NCBI GenBank assembly: GCA_964016885.1
Contig: OZ024740.1
Location: forward strand, 246,946,001 to 247,010,000
Source of the DNA: Eledone cirrhosa
Taxonomy: Eukaryota
Reading direction: 5' to 3'
DNA length: 64,000 bases
Part shown: positions 50,604-63,937 of the stretch, piece after piece
How positions within the stretch are numbered: the first letter of the stretch is position 1
How the letters are laid out: each line of letters opens with the position of its first letter
Notes under the pieces: model-generated
What the model was told of the DNA's origin: nothing
The model's database searches: none
What the model saw: the letters and a program-made list of their open reading frames with translations, nothing else
Program-made: the position numbers and the translations under genes

Positions 50604-50913
50604 CAGTCATGGGCAACCTGCGGCCCGTGGGCCGCATGCGTCTCGTGAAGCTTTCTGAATGGCTCTCCTAAGTCACCTAAGGGAAATCTTTCTGATTTTT
50701 TTACTCCAACTTTTCAGTCGTAATTTACCTTTCTATCATTTTTTCGATCGAGGAAAACAACGTGTACGAATTCTGAAGAAACAAATCAAAACAACCTGAG
50801 TTACCGTCCTTATTTTTTAATGTGGGCACGAATGTAAATTAGCGCTTGCGGCCCGCCTGATGCTGAGCCATATCTCATGCGGCCCGCTTCTCGAAAAAGC
50901 TTGCCCATGCCTG
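50604..50913. mobile_element. hAT-like MITE
   Basis: CAGtCATGGGCAAcct..gcttGCCCATGCCTG terminal repeats with subterminal gcggccc motifs; imperfect 8-bp flanks gtctaatg/ctgtaatg. Confidence 0.8.
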
Positions 50914-50989
50914 CTGTAATGTAATTTTGTCAATATCCAGATTGGTGAAAAACAGTTCAGAGATAAATCCAATTTGTAGTTTTCTGGTC

Positions 50990-52700
50990 ATCGTAGTTTT
51001 TCAAGTCACAGAGCATATATGTCGTCGGTAACCGCTCATATCCGAACGCAGGGATCACCATCCTCTCTCTTCATTTCTTTCCCCTCCCCACATGGCTGTG
51101 AAGGCCCAGTCTATTCTCGAAGAGTGGTTAGCAGAAGTCACAGGAAATGTTGGCGGTGGTTCGAAAGTCTCGGACCCCTCTCGGATGGTCCTGCACCAGG
51201 AATGCTGATTTGCAGCAACGGTTTCCCATATCTCATGGTTGATGTTGACTTGTGTCAGGGATGTCTTTAACTGATCCTTGAAGCGTCGTTTTGGGCTTCC
51301 ATGTAGCCTCCTCTCGCTGTCGAGTTCTCCAAAAAGGGATGCGCGATGGAGTCGGGTGGAGTGCATTCTGGGCTCAGTAAAGGCGATATTGAAGGATAGT
51401 AGCCTTGGTGCTGGGAAGAGACGTCCGGGAGAGGAACTTTTTGTGGGTAATGTCGTCCTCCCAACTGATGAGAAGGATTCGTCGGAGCTTCGTTTGCTGG
51501 AACCGCTCTAGATGTTTGATATGCTGACTATGCAGAGTCCACGTCTCACAGGCGTACAGAAGGGTGGAGATAACCACGGCTCGAAAGACCATGGTTTTGT
51601 TTCTTATGGTGAGGGCGTAATAGGTGGAGACCCGGTACGAAAGTCCTCCGTACGCAGCATGTGCCACTTTGATCATGTTGTCGAGGTCTTTCTCGTAGGT
51701 GATACTGTTCGAGAGGATGTTGACGTCCGGTGTTGCTTGTTCGGGGCTGGTTGGATGAGGATTTTCGTTTTGTTTTACATAGACCTGCATCCCAAAACGT
51801 TTGTAAGCCCCGTTTTATAGGTTTACTGATCTTTGGATGTCTGGTCCGCAGTCGCATTGACGTCAGCGTACTGACGTTCTTGTACGCGGGTGATTGTATT
51901 TTTTGTACGAGAAGGAATTTAGGCGAGGTTGAAGAGTCCGCCATCGAGTTTATATCAGAGTCAAAACCTAGCCTTGCTTGAGGCCACCGGTATTGGAAAG
52001 GGGTCCGCAAGGGTGGCCTGGTGGCTCACCCAAACTTCTATTCCGTCTTGGAGCATACGGATCAGGAACACAATGTGGTCCGGGCCCTCATTGCTTGGGA
52101 CTTTGTCGGAGGCCTTCTGCAGGTCCCAAAACATGAATATCAGTGGTTTCTATTGCTCACTGCTTTTCTTCTGGAGCTGTCTCGCACAGAAGACCATATC
52201 GACAGTGCCTCTTGAAGGTCGGAGACCACCTTAGATTCTGGAAGGCACCCTTCTGCTATGGGGAAGAATCGATTCAGAAGGATTCGCGCGATTTTGCCAG
52301 TGATATTTAGGAGTGAGATGAGGCGATAGTTTCCGCAGAGTGATTGGTCTCCTTTCTTGAAGATTGTCAGAATGTTGACATTTTAAAAATCGTCAGGGAC
52401 GGTTTTAGCTTTGCAGATTTTCAGTATCATGAGCATTAGCCAGGTCTTCTAATCGGGGCCACCAAGGTAAAAGAATTCCTATGGTACACTGTCGGGTCCA
52501 GGAGCTCTTCTTGTTTCATGGTGCGGAATGCTTCTTTTAGTTCTCGGAAAGTTGGGAGGAGTGACAGTTAATGGCGGACCGGGAGATGGGGGTTGTTCCT
52601 CATGAGGTACTCTGGAGTGGTGGCATGGTCGTTGAAGAGGCTCCGAAAGTGTATTTTCAAAAGGTCCAAGATGGACACAGGATATGTCCTGTGTTCCCCC
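50990..52700 (-). pseudogene. Decayed RTE (BovB-like) LINE ORF
   Basis: APGPDSVP, CGNYRLISLLNITGKI, VFRAVVISTLLYACETWTL..LERFQQTKLRRIL, LFGEL..GSPKRRFKDQLK. Confidence 0.85.
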
Positions 52701-52848
52701 TCCATCAGGTTAGTTTACTTCGTTTTTTCCTCTTTCCCTTTTTCTCATTCTTCCTCTCTCTTCACCACTGATATTCAAACATTAATATCAGTGGTTCCAT
52801 TGCTCGTGGAGGGTTTCTTCTCTTGTTTCGTCCATATTACCATCTTAA

Positions 52849-53055
52849 CCCTTTAGCATTTACATTACTCTATATATACTATTGTATTTTCATGGTAAAG
52901 GCTTTATCTCACATAATATCGAATCTATGAGATTTTGAAAGTATTTATTTTGAGAACAATACCTTAATATCAGTTTGAGCGACCGGTTACAGCCAATTTC
53001 AACAGAAAGAGGTAGAGAATTCTGGTCAGTTTTGGCCGGTTTGAACATTAAAGGG
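52849..53055. mobile_element. piggyBac-like MITE
   Basis: TTAA|CCCTTTAgc..atTAAAGGG|TTAA. Confidence 0.7.
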
Positions 53056-53129
53056 TTAAACTTTGTTTACAGTAACCACACAGCCTGCTTCGTTTCTTGT
53101 AATGTTGTATATATATATATATATATATA

Positions 53130-53322
53130 TATAACGGAGGAAATGTGGTAAGGAACCAGGTGGACCATAACGCACCAAAGTACTCAATACTTAGGGTAGT
53201 AGAGTGGGTAATAGGAATGAGTAGGACCCCGACGGCTGAGCTCAAGCCGTTTCGACGGCTAATTCTAGTTCAGAATTATCCGTCGAAACGGCTTGAGCTC
53301 AGCCGTCGGGGTCCTACTCGTT

Positions 53323-53327
<5 letters not shown>
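53130..53327. mobile_element. Miniature PLE terminus forming a near-perfect hairpin (53211-53327)
   Basis: Same family as 47895-48020; ~55-bp arms with a short loop; flanked by (TA)n. Confidence 0.8.
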
Positions 53328-53373
<46 letters not shown>

Positions 53374-53617
53374 ATAGGTATTTAGTACCTGTGGTGATAT
53401 TAATCTCATTTTAGGTGTATTCTCCCTCTGTGTAGAGACGAAAATGTTGTATCCGGCTGCTATAAATTTTTTTAGTAGCGTGATAGACAACAAGTCTATA
53501 ATATTTCCGCTTTTACTAACGGCCTGTTTATGTGTGGGTCACTATAACGGCCTGACCTCATACATCGGGCAGTAGGCGATATATTTACAAACAGTGGGGC
53601 GTTATGGAATGGAAATA

Positions 53618-53696
53618 GCTGTCTGAAGAGCTAATCTTTCCATTGGAAATTCTCTGAAAATCCAATCCTTTGTGAAGCGAAACCGTCGGTAACAGC
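53618..53696 (+). ncRNA. Type I hammerhead ribozyme with long stem-loop II
   Basis: gctgt-CTGAAGA-gct...agc-GAAA-ccgtcgg-TA-acagc; GUA cleavage triplet. Confidence 0.72.
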
Positions 53697-53775
53697 ATTT
53701 TGAACAGTTGAATATTTAAATCGTATTTTAATTTATATAAAAGATTGTTTAATGCTTGCTTGTTCTGCTCATCTC

Positions 53776-54534
<759 letters not shown>

Positions 54535-54580
54535 TATTAAAATTAGAATTGGTGTTCTGAAATAGCGATGTATACATGAT

Positions 54581-54873
54581 GTATATATAGTGTATTTGGT
54601 AATACACTGTATCCTTAATTAAAAGCACTTTGAAGACCTTGCGCTATTGTTTTAAAGTAGTGACTATGTCACTTACTTCTTTTTTCAACAAACAAAGGGA
54701 GATAAGCTGACAGATCTCTGTTTCATACTGTTGGTATTCCTCACAGCTTAGCACTCACCTTGTCTGTTCAAAATTTGTTTGTTGAAAAAAGAAGTAAGTC
54801 ACTACTTTAAAATAATAGCGTAAGGTCTTCAAAATGCTTTTTAATTAAGCATACAGTGCATTGCCAAATACAC

Positions 54874-54882
<9 letters not shown>
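54581..54882. mobile_element. Foldback element with ~110-bp inverted arms
   Basis: gtatatatagtgtatttgg..tgaagacctt..tttaaagtagtgac..ttcaacaaacaaa is inverted at ~54775-54882; one arm has an ~8-nt indel. Confidence 0.75.
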
Positions 54883-54972
<90 letters not shown>

Positions 54973-55407
54973 CATATCTACATATATATATATATATACA
55001 CACACATGTACGTTCACATACATGACGTTCACATACATACATACAACGTATAAAAATATATAAAAAAATATATATGATAAAAGTAAAGATAAAATAGAAA
55101 ATAAAAAATAAAAAATAATAATAAAGAAAAATAAAGAAAATAATAAAAAAAAAGGATACATAAAGTGGAAGATACAATATTTCGCCAGACAATCACATGC
55201 ACACATATATATACACATACAATTATATAAGCACACACATATATATACATATATGTATATATATACATATATATATATATACAAACACACATACGCATAT
55301 AAAAACACATACGCATATATAAGTATATACATACAAATATAGACACACGCATACATATATATATATAAACAAGTACATATATACACATATTCACACATAC
55401 ATACATA

Positions 55408-55677
55408 CAAGGGCCTTGTTTCAGGGGGGTACCAGGGGACAAGTCCCCCAACTTTTTCAAACTTCTATATTTTATTTCTTGTTTATTTGATATAAATTCT
55501 TTTTAAGCTTATTTCTTTATATCTGAACTTCATTTGAATATATAAAATTTAATTAGTGTAAAATTTTTCTTATGTAATAGGGTCCGGGAAAGGCACCATA
55601 AGTAATGTATGCTCCTTTAAGAATCAACAAATGTTGGTTTGTCCTCCTCTCATTTTTAAGGCAAACGAGGCCCCTGC
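55408..55677. mobile_element. MITE with short GC-rich terminal inverted repeats
   Basis: caagggccttgttt..aaacgaggcccctg, within (CATA)n. Confidence 0.5.
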
Positions 55678-55922
55678 ATACATATATACATACATACATA
55701 CATACATACACACATACATACATACATATATACATACAGTGGAACCTCAGGTCTCGAACGTTGTCTCCAGTATTGGCGGAAAAGTGCCACTTGCTGTTAG
55801 TTAAGTATAAGATTCTATCTGATGAGCGATACCAGAGGTTTCTGTTAGAATCGTCTAACTTGGGTAATGGAATAGTTATATTGCGTTGGTTATTACATAA
55901 TTAAATATATATATATATGTGT

Positions 55923-56019
<97 letters not shown>

Positions 56020-56551
56020 CGTGTGTGTGTGTACGTGTGTGTATCCGTACATTTCTGTCACCCCAGTAAACAGTGTGTGGGGGTGGGTATAGTGGAGTCA
56101 AATCTGTTGCAGGCATAAGACCTTTTCCGGTTTGAGGATATATTCTACCCGTTCTTCTCACCTGTATTAAAAGAATTCAACTGAATAATGGGTGCTGCCC
56201 CCTCCCTTCTCTGCATAAGCGATAAAAACGTAACATAGATATTTATTTGTATGTAAAGATACAGGGAGAGGGTGGATGAACCGACATAACGATATTGGCG
56301 GGTGAAATATTCTTCCACCCAACACACACAGACGCACGCGCACACACAGACAGACATACACCCACATACACACACACACACGTACAAACACAAAAACCCA
56401 ATCATACACATCGCTCCAACACCGTTAAACAATCGACATTCCACAAAAGTTATTTCATAGTTTCATTGCACAGCATTCTAATGTATTACAACTCCTATCA
56501 AATTAAGAATGCGGATACATATATTTATATATATATATATATGTATCTATG

Positions 56552-56639
<88 letters not shown>

Positions 56640-56799
56640 TATATATATATATGTGTGTGTGTGTGTCTGTGTTGGTGCGTAAGTGTGTGTGCGTGTGTGT
56701 AACTATATGTGTATGTACGTATGTTTGTATATATGTTTACATATAGAGAGACTCACATGCATATATATCATATAACCTATTGTATTAAACTATAATACA

Positions 56800-56975
56800 A
56801 AAGGGCGGTGGATTGGCAGTATTGGTAGCGCGTGGGACACAATGCTTTATGGCAAAGAGTTGCGGCTCTTTACGTTCTGAGTTCAAATCCCGCCGAGTTT
56901 AGCTTTGCCTTTCATTCTTACAGGGTTGATAAAGTGCCAGTAACGTACTGGGGTCAATTTAATCTACATTACCCC
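56800..56975 (+). mobile_element. tRNA-derived SINE (Nin/Deu-like core)
   Basis: A-box-like tggcagtattggt, B-box gagttcaaatcc, core gctttgcctttcattct..ggttgataaagtgccagt. Confidence 0.65.
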
Positions 56976-57274
56976 CCCCCCCCCCCTCAACAGAAACAGT
57001 TATATAATACATACATGCGCGTGCACAACACACATATATGCATTTAAAAAAAATGTTACTATGTATGTATATAAATACTATGTATGTATACATAATGTTT
57101 ATATTATGTATATCTTTGTTTTTCTTTGTTTTGTTTTTTTAACATTTTGTCTATGATAATTGAAATTCCATATTCTCGACTGAATGTCCGGAGATACGGA
57201 TGTTGTGCTGCACATATTTTCGGATTATATTGCCCGAGTTAATTTCCACATGATCGCTCTTTCAAACACCCCCT

Positions 57275-57414
<140 letters not shown>

Positions 57415-57449
57415 GAGAGAGGGGGGGGGGGGGAGATTCACAATCATTA

Positions 57450-57760
57450 GGTCTCGGATTCGATTAAACTGTGTGGCATGTCGAGCAAGTGCAATTTATC
57501 ATGGCCGTGGGTCGACCCTTCTCTTGTCAGTGAAATTGGGCAGATGGGAAATGTTTGGAAGCCTGTCATATATACTGTAGCTGTAATTCAAAGGCCCAAC
57601 CTTATCACATACAATATCACTCTCATTCTCCTTGAGAATTACATTAAAGGTACACGTGTCTATAGCATTATCAGCCAATTACATTTTAATTTCAAGAACA
57701 GGCAGTCTCGTTGATCGAACAACGAGAACAGTTATCTTCGAAGCGAACAGATGTCCATTC
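57450..57760 (+). mobile_element. SINE (second family) fragment
   Basis: gtaattcaaaggccaaccttatcaca..gagaattacattaaaggtacac; reverse of the 38230-38530 type. Confidence 0.55.
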
Positions 57761-58385
57761 CAGAAGTAAGTTCTGATAGACAGTAATAATAGTCACTAAT
57801 TGTACAGTGTTTATAATAATTAATTGTTTCTATCCTAAGGTTTATTTGAATGTTAAATGAACTTTGATTACGAATGCGAAACTTGAACCACTCGAATGGT
57901 TGTCAGTCAATAAGTCGATCAACTACTCTCTTGATGTCCAATAAAATTCAAGCAATGTTTACACCAGACACCAACTTAATTTCTTTTTATTCTTTTAGTT
58001 GGGGTCACTGACATTGGTGGAATGAAGAGAAAGAAAAATGTTTTAAACCTGAAGCCTAACCCGAATACTTGCAACAGTATGGACTGCGCAAAGGGCAAAC
58101 AATGATCAGGTGATGGTGTTAAAGCGAGCAACAAATGGGACACCGTAAGATTTCAACTCACAACATATAGTGCCTGAACAAATATCGCAAGACATAACTT
58201 CCACCAATCCACCACTGTGGACTGAAACTTTATTTTATCAATTTCGAAAGTTCACCGCGCTGAAATTTGAAAGCCAAAATAAATACTGCGAAATAAATAC
58301 TGCAATTTATCCGATACTCTAATCACTCTACCAATTTATCATCGATTTAGCTGGCTTATCACATGCCACCCCTAACATATAAATA

Positions 58386-58455
<70 letters not shown>

Positions 58456-59269
58456 TGTATATACACGCACACAAACACATACACACACAAACATACATGG
58501 ACACAGAAATACACACACACGCACACACAAGCACACACACACCCGAACATACACACATACATTCCACCACAGTTTGTCATGTTGCTCTCTCATGGTTGTT
58601 TATTGGTATCTTGCTTGTCTATCTTCCTCGCCACCTTCTCCTTCCAGCCTGTGTTTTGCCTTTCCGTTTTCTTTAACATTGTCCGCTTGTCTTTTGATGT
58701 GTGCAAAGAATTTTAATTTCCTTTGTTGCTACACTTTTTGTTTTAATTAGGTTTTTACGTCCATTGATTTTACAATATCCGATTCGTTCACCTCTTCCTT
58801 ATCTTGCCCCCACCTCCATCTTCTTCCGTTTTCCTTCTATGAACAATAGCTTGAATACACACAAATAGTGAGTGATTTAACATATGTGTTTGTCTTTATT
58901 GACCAACGGACAGTAGTACTATACAATCTAACTAATGAAAACAAATGCACAAGATAGCCCGTAGGGGGCGCCGCGCTGAAACATGTCTTGGGCATTAAAA
59001 CCTAGTGGTTCCCATCCTTTTTCTGGTCGGAATGCACCCAATTTCCTCCAGAGAAAGGAAGAAAGAACGAAAGAAAAATAGAACCCGGGGCTCAGCGCGC
59101 CGGAAAAAATACTGAGGTATTTTCTATCCGACACTTTAATGACTCTTCATATTCGACTTACACACACAGATCCCATGAAAGAGAGACATAGAGAGGGAGA
59201 GAGAAGGAGACAGAGAAGGAAAATGGGAGAGAGAGGGAGAGAGAGAGAGGGAGAGGGAGAGAGAGAAAG

Positions 59270-59440
59270 AGTGAGAGAGAGAGAGATAGCTGGTGTTGTT
59301 GTTGATGAAATTATAACGGGTGACTTCAAAGAATCGAACACACCATTACTGTATCTAAATCGAATTTGGTGACTGAAAATGAAGTCATATGTATCATATT
59401 TCCTGCTAAATAGAAAGGGTTTCTAAGTGTGTGTATATCT
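59270..59440 (+). repeat. Dispersed repeat; second copy at ~63470-63600
   Basis: gttgttgatgaaattata..ttcaaagaatcgaacac..attactgtatct..tttctaagtgtgtgt in both copies, each after (GA)n. Confidence 0.75.
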
Positions 59441-59600
59441 ATTTATCCCCCCTCTCTCTCTCTCTATATATATATATATATGTGTGTGTCTGTGTGTGTG
59501 CGTGTGTGTATGTGTGTGTATGTGTGTGTGTCTGTGACCATGTATATAGGTTCCAGAGACCCATATATATACCCCCCCCCACACATATATATATATATAT

Positions 59601-59633
<33 letters not shown>

Positions 59634-59638
<5 letters not shown>

Positions 59639-61715
59639 AAAAAAGATGAAATCGAAAATGCAACGAGTCTTTTTTTTTTTAAATATATTTGTTTGGTTCC
59701 TTTACCGGTTTCGCAGTTCTTCTCCTTTTCAAAAGTAGAATTGAGATGGAGGGTTTTTCTTACATCTGGTTGGTGTTTGAATATTAATTCTGTTTTATAT
59801 CGAAATGCTAGGTTTTTAGAAAAGTAATTTGGTTGATCAATGAATAAGTATAATAAATTTCGCGCCAGTTCGCGTTACAAAGTTCTTCTTATATTTGCCT
59901 ATTTGCCTTTAAAAAAAGGGGGGGGGGGCTCAGGTTGTTTTTTGATATATGAGTTTGGTTGGTTGATGCAGTCACGTGAATAAGCACATCAGCTTTCGCG
60001 CCAGTTTGTGTTTGAATTTCTTTTTACTTAAAAAAAGGTGGCTCTCGAAGGCTTTTTTAAATAAATGTAATTTGATTGGTTATAAATTAATTTATGACTG
60101 TCAGGTGAACAAGTACATTAAATTTCCCGCCCGTATTTTGGAATCTTTTTTTTTGTAGTCATTTAGAGAATTTTGAGCCAAACAAAAGATAATGGTCAAG
60201 AAAAGGGGATGGAGAGAGTTGTTCTGAGTATGACTGATGTGCTGAAATATAATTTGATTGGTTATAAATGAAATTATGACTGTCACGTGAACAAGTACAT
60301 TAAATTCGTGCCCGTATTTTGGAATTTGTTTTGTAGTCTTTTAGAGAATTTTGTGCCAAACAAAAGATAATGGTCAAGAAAAATGGAATGAGGAGAATTG
60401 TTCTGGTTCAGTGAATATGGCTTGTCTGCTGGGGTGTCAAAATTCAGACTTTCCATTGAAATAAAGAAAGTAGAGATATGTATGTTTATTTGTGTGCTGG
60501 TGTGTGTGTGTGTGTGTGTGGGAAGATGATTCTATTAGTAGAAATGGAGGAGGGAGTTGTGTGTGTGTATGTGTGTATGGGTGTTATGTGTGTGTGTGTG
60601 GAGGTGTGTGGTTAGCATGTTAAGGTGTTAGAGTATTAACATATGTTAAGGTTTATTTAGTTCTGGTTTTTATTTTCTAAAATAGAAGGTGTTATGTGTG
60701 TATGTATGTGTCTGTTTGGATGGTTAGCATGTTATGGTGTTGACATAATGTATATTAAACTATATTTAATGCTGGTCTATATTTTTGAATAAACATATTT
60801 TCCTTATTTATTCCTATTTGTTCTGTTGTATTGTCAGCGCAAAGATAAAATGGGAAGACTTGGAATTTGGGTGTCTTATTACTTGCGCATATGTCTAGAT
60901 GTACACTTAGTGGTATCTGTATCGTGGTTGGATCACGTAATTGTTGGCGATGAACTGTCATTCTGTTTCTGAGTGTGAGTTTAGTTTGTCCTATATAATC
61001 TTCATTGCACCCTTTACATTTAATGGCATGAAGTAGATTTTTTGTGAAGTAATTTTTTTGTGAAGTAATTTTTTACGGCAAAATTTTGTCCTGATTGAAA
61101 TATATATGTGTTGCCTCCAATGAGGTGAGTACAGGTTCCACAATTAGAGCGACCACATTTTTTGACAGTTGGTTGTGAACAAATTCCAAAATACGGGCGC
61201 GAAATTTAATGTACTTGTTCACATGACAGTCATAATTTCATTTATAACCAATCAAATTACATTTATAAAAAAAGCCTTCGTGAGCCACCTTTTTTTAAGT
61301 AAAAAGAAATTCAAACACAAACTGGCGCAAAAGCTAATGTGCTTATTCACGTGACTGCATCAACCAACCAAACTTCACTCATATATGAAAAACAACCTGA
61401 GCCTCCTCCCCCTTTTTTTGAAGGCAAATATAATAAGAAGTTTGTAACGCGAACTGGCGCGAAATTTATTATACTTATTCACCAACCTACCAAATTACTT
61501 CTCTAAAACCAAGCATTTTGAGCCACTTTTTTTCCATATAAAACAGAAGTAACATTCAAACACCAACCAGATGTGAGAAAAACCACAAACCCTCCATCTC
61601 AATTCTACTTTTGAAAAGCAGAAGAGCTGCGAAACCGGTAAAGGAACCAAATAAATATATATCTCTATAAAGCAAGAATCCAGTTGCATTACCGATTTCA
61701 TCTTTTTTCCTTATA
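59634..61715 (-). mobile_element. PLE with GIY-YIG remnant and ~500-bp inverted duplication
   Basis: 60755-61045(-): NLLHAIKCKGCNEDYIGQTKLTLRNRMTVHRQQ..ENMFIQKYRPALN; 59634-60150 is inverted at ~61180-61715; internal ~180-bp tandem duplication at 60070-60410. Confidence 0.88.
61603..61646 (+). ncRNA. Hammerhead ribozyme, U3-A8 core variant
   Basis: ttcta-ctt-TTGAAAA-gcag(aagag)ctgc-GAAA-ccgg-TA-aag-gaa; palindromic stem III ACCGGT. The inverted partner at ~59698-59745 has a stem II mismatch. Confidence 0.6.
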
Positions 61716-61763
61716 CTCGTGTAGGACACCTCGTTTTTTTTTTAAATTTTGTAAAAAAACCTC

Positions 61764-61824
<61 letters not shown>

Positions 61825-61829
<5 letters not shown>

Positions 61830-62330
61830 ATACTTGTGGAGGGTCATATTGTTATAATATTGTCAGAAATATTAACAGAACACACTCACTGTTTGGTTGG
61901 TTTCCGCTTCTGCATCTTTTATATCTCCATAGTTAATTTATCTGGCAATCAATGTTTATCATTGTTTGACCAACGTTTAAGAATACAGATATAATTATAT
62001 TTATATTGTCTATGAAAGTTCTGTCTTCACACAGCTGCGACATCATGTTTCCTCCCGTTGAATTCTAATGCCTACGCCATTTTAATTTAATTAATTAATT
62101 TATTTATTTCCTCTTGTCTCTGTCTCTGTTTGCGCACGCGTTTGATAGACTATATATATATATTTATATCTGTATCTTTAACTATTGGTCAATCATTGAT
62201 AAACATTGAATGCCAAATAAATTAACTATGGAGATATAAAAGATACAGAAGCGAAAACCAACCCAAACCAAATAGTGAGTGTGTTCTGTTGTTAATATTA
62301 TAACAATATGGCCCTCCCCAAGTATAACAA
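61825..62330. mobile_element. PLE terminal fragments in inverted arrangement (family of 68-1100)
   Basis: ~61825-61995 is inverted at ~62165-62330; both end in the ccctcc(c)caagtataacaa terminus. Confidence 0.8.
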
Positions 62331-62361
62331 GTTTCGACACACGATTTCATATCAAAAACCT

Positions 62362-62410
<49 letters not shown>

Positions 62411-62499
62411 TGGCTGCCCACTCGTTTTCGAGTACGGCCACTACTTTATATCCATGTAGGAGAACCCCTACCGATGCGTTGAACGAGTGTTACTTTTTA

Positions 62500-63016
62500 G
62501 TCCAGCTAGCGACTTGAAAACTCTGGTACATCCACTACATTTGTGACAATTATTGACACATAGTGCTGGGCCCATGGTACCATGTGACGACAAGTGCAGA
62601 GAGATCTCCAGATATAAAGCAATGCCTGTGCCGTGAAGCTTTTATAGTGAGCAAAGGCACTGCACAAAGCCAGTCCCACTCTCTTAACCAAGATGATATT
62701 TAACAAAAAGAAGAACAAGTCAACATCATTGGATACCATCAGAGTTGCAGGTGTTATATCAGAGTTTTCCTTCTCCTAGAATTCTGCCTTGACAAAGGCT
62801 AAGGAGTCATCTCCCAAGGTGATTTTGGATGGCCATTGACTCTTAAGAGCTCCTTTTCCCTTTGACAGGTTTTGTTTTTAGTCCTGCAGGATGTCCAAAG
62901 TCACCCTCCTCACCAAGAAACCTTGGTGGGGTTGCAAGTTTAGTCGCCAACGACTCGACCATGGGACAGGTTGTACTGGGATACATGTTACCAGTAGCAC
63001 CAACTGGTGACCTGAC
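62500..63016 (-). mobile_element. RTE-like LINE 5' region (structured leader/UTR)
   Basis: Minus strand contains ctaggagaaggaaaactctgat, which from recall resembles RTE 5' regions; preceded by a multi-stem leader that starts next to (TA)n/TATG. Confidence 0.5.
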
Positions 63017-63044
63017 ATACATATATATATACATATATATATAT

Positions 63045-63130
<86 letters not shown>

Positions 63131-63426
63131 GGGCCTTCCAATTTCATTTTATATCAAATACATGTCTGTGTATATTTCAAGTGAACATGACCCAACGGGT
63201 CATGGGTGGTCTAGTATACTACTAAAACTATGTTACTGTGTGCTTGTCTGTAATTTAATACTGCCAAAATGGCGCATAATGGGAAAATACTTTCTTGGGA
63301 ATACAAATGGAATAAAACGGGTTCCCGAGATACGGGGTTTTTCAGGGTTCCTTCATAAATAGAGAGAGAGAGAGAGGGAGAGAGAAAGATAGAGAGAAAA
63401 AGATAGTTGTTGTGAGGGAGTAGATT

Positions 63427-63477
<51 letters not shown>

Positions 63478-63686
63478 GATAGTGTTGTTGAATGAAATTA
63501 TTACAAGTGATTTCAAAGAATCGAACACAGCATTACTGTATCTGTGTGCAGCAAATATTTCCTACTAAATAGGAAGAGTTTCTAAGTGTGTGTGTATATG
63601 TGTGCGTGTATATATATATACACACACATATATATATACATACATACATACACACACACACGCACGCAGGGAAAAGCGGACGTAAA

Positions 63687-63718
<32 letters not shown>

Positions 63719-63873
63719 ATATATATATATATATATATAAGCAAAGAGATATTTAATTTCCTGGTAATTCCTCAAATTTATTTATTATAACAGATTCGAA
63801 GTACTCTACACATTTCCTGGAGTATAATATCAATGATATTAATAAATGAAAACTATATTTATAAAACCATATT

Positions 63874-63937
63874 TATTTTATTATATATATTTCAAGGGTA
63901 CCAAAAAAACTTTGGTACCCTCTCATCAGATAAAATA
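63874..63937 (-). ncRNA. Minimal type I hammerhead ribozyme with canonical core
   Basis: tattttat-CTGATGA-gagggtaccaaa..tttggtaccctt-GAAA-tatata-TA-ataaaata: 8-bp stem I, long stem II, palindromic stem III. Confidence 0.8.

Noticed and set aside
55738-55762. pogo/Tigger-like terminal repeat TA|CAGTGGAACCTC
   Set aside because: No partner repeat or transposase visible.
55812-55890. CTGATGAG hammerhead candidate
   Set aside because: No matching GAAA, stem III or stem I partner found.
56800-56895. Possible tRNA gene
   Set aside because: A/B boxes are present but there is no cloverleaf, and the sequence continues into a SINE core.
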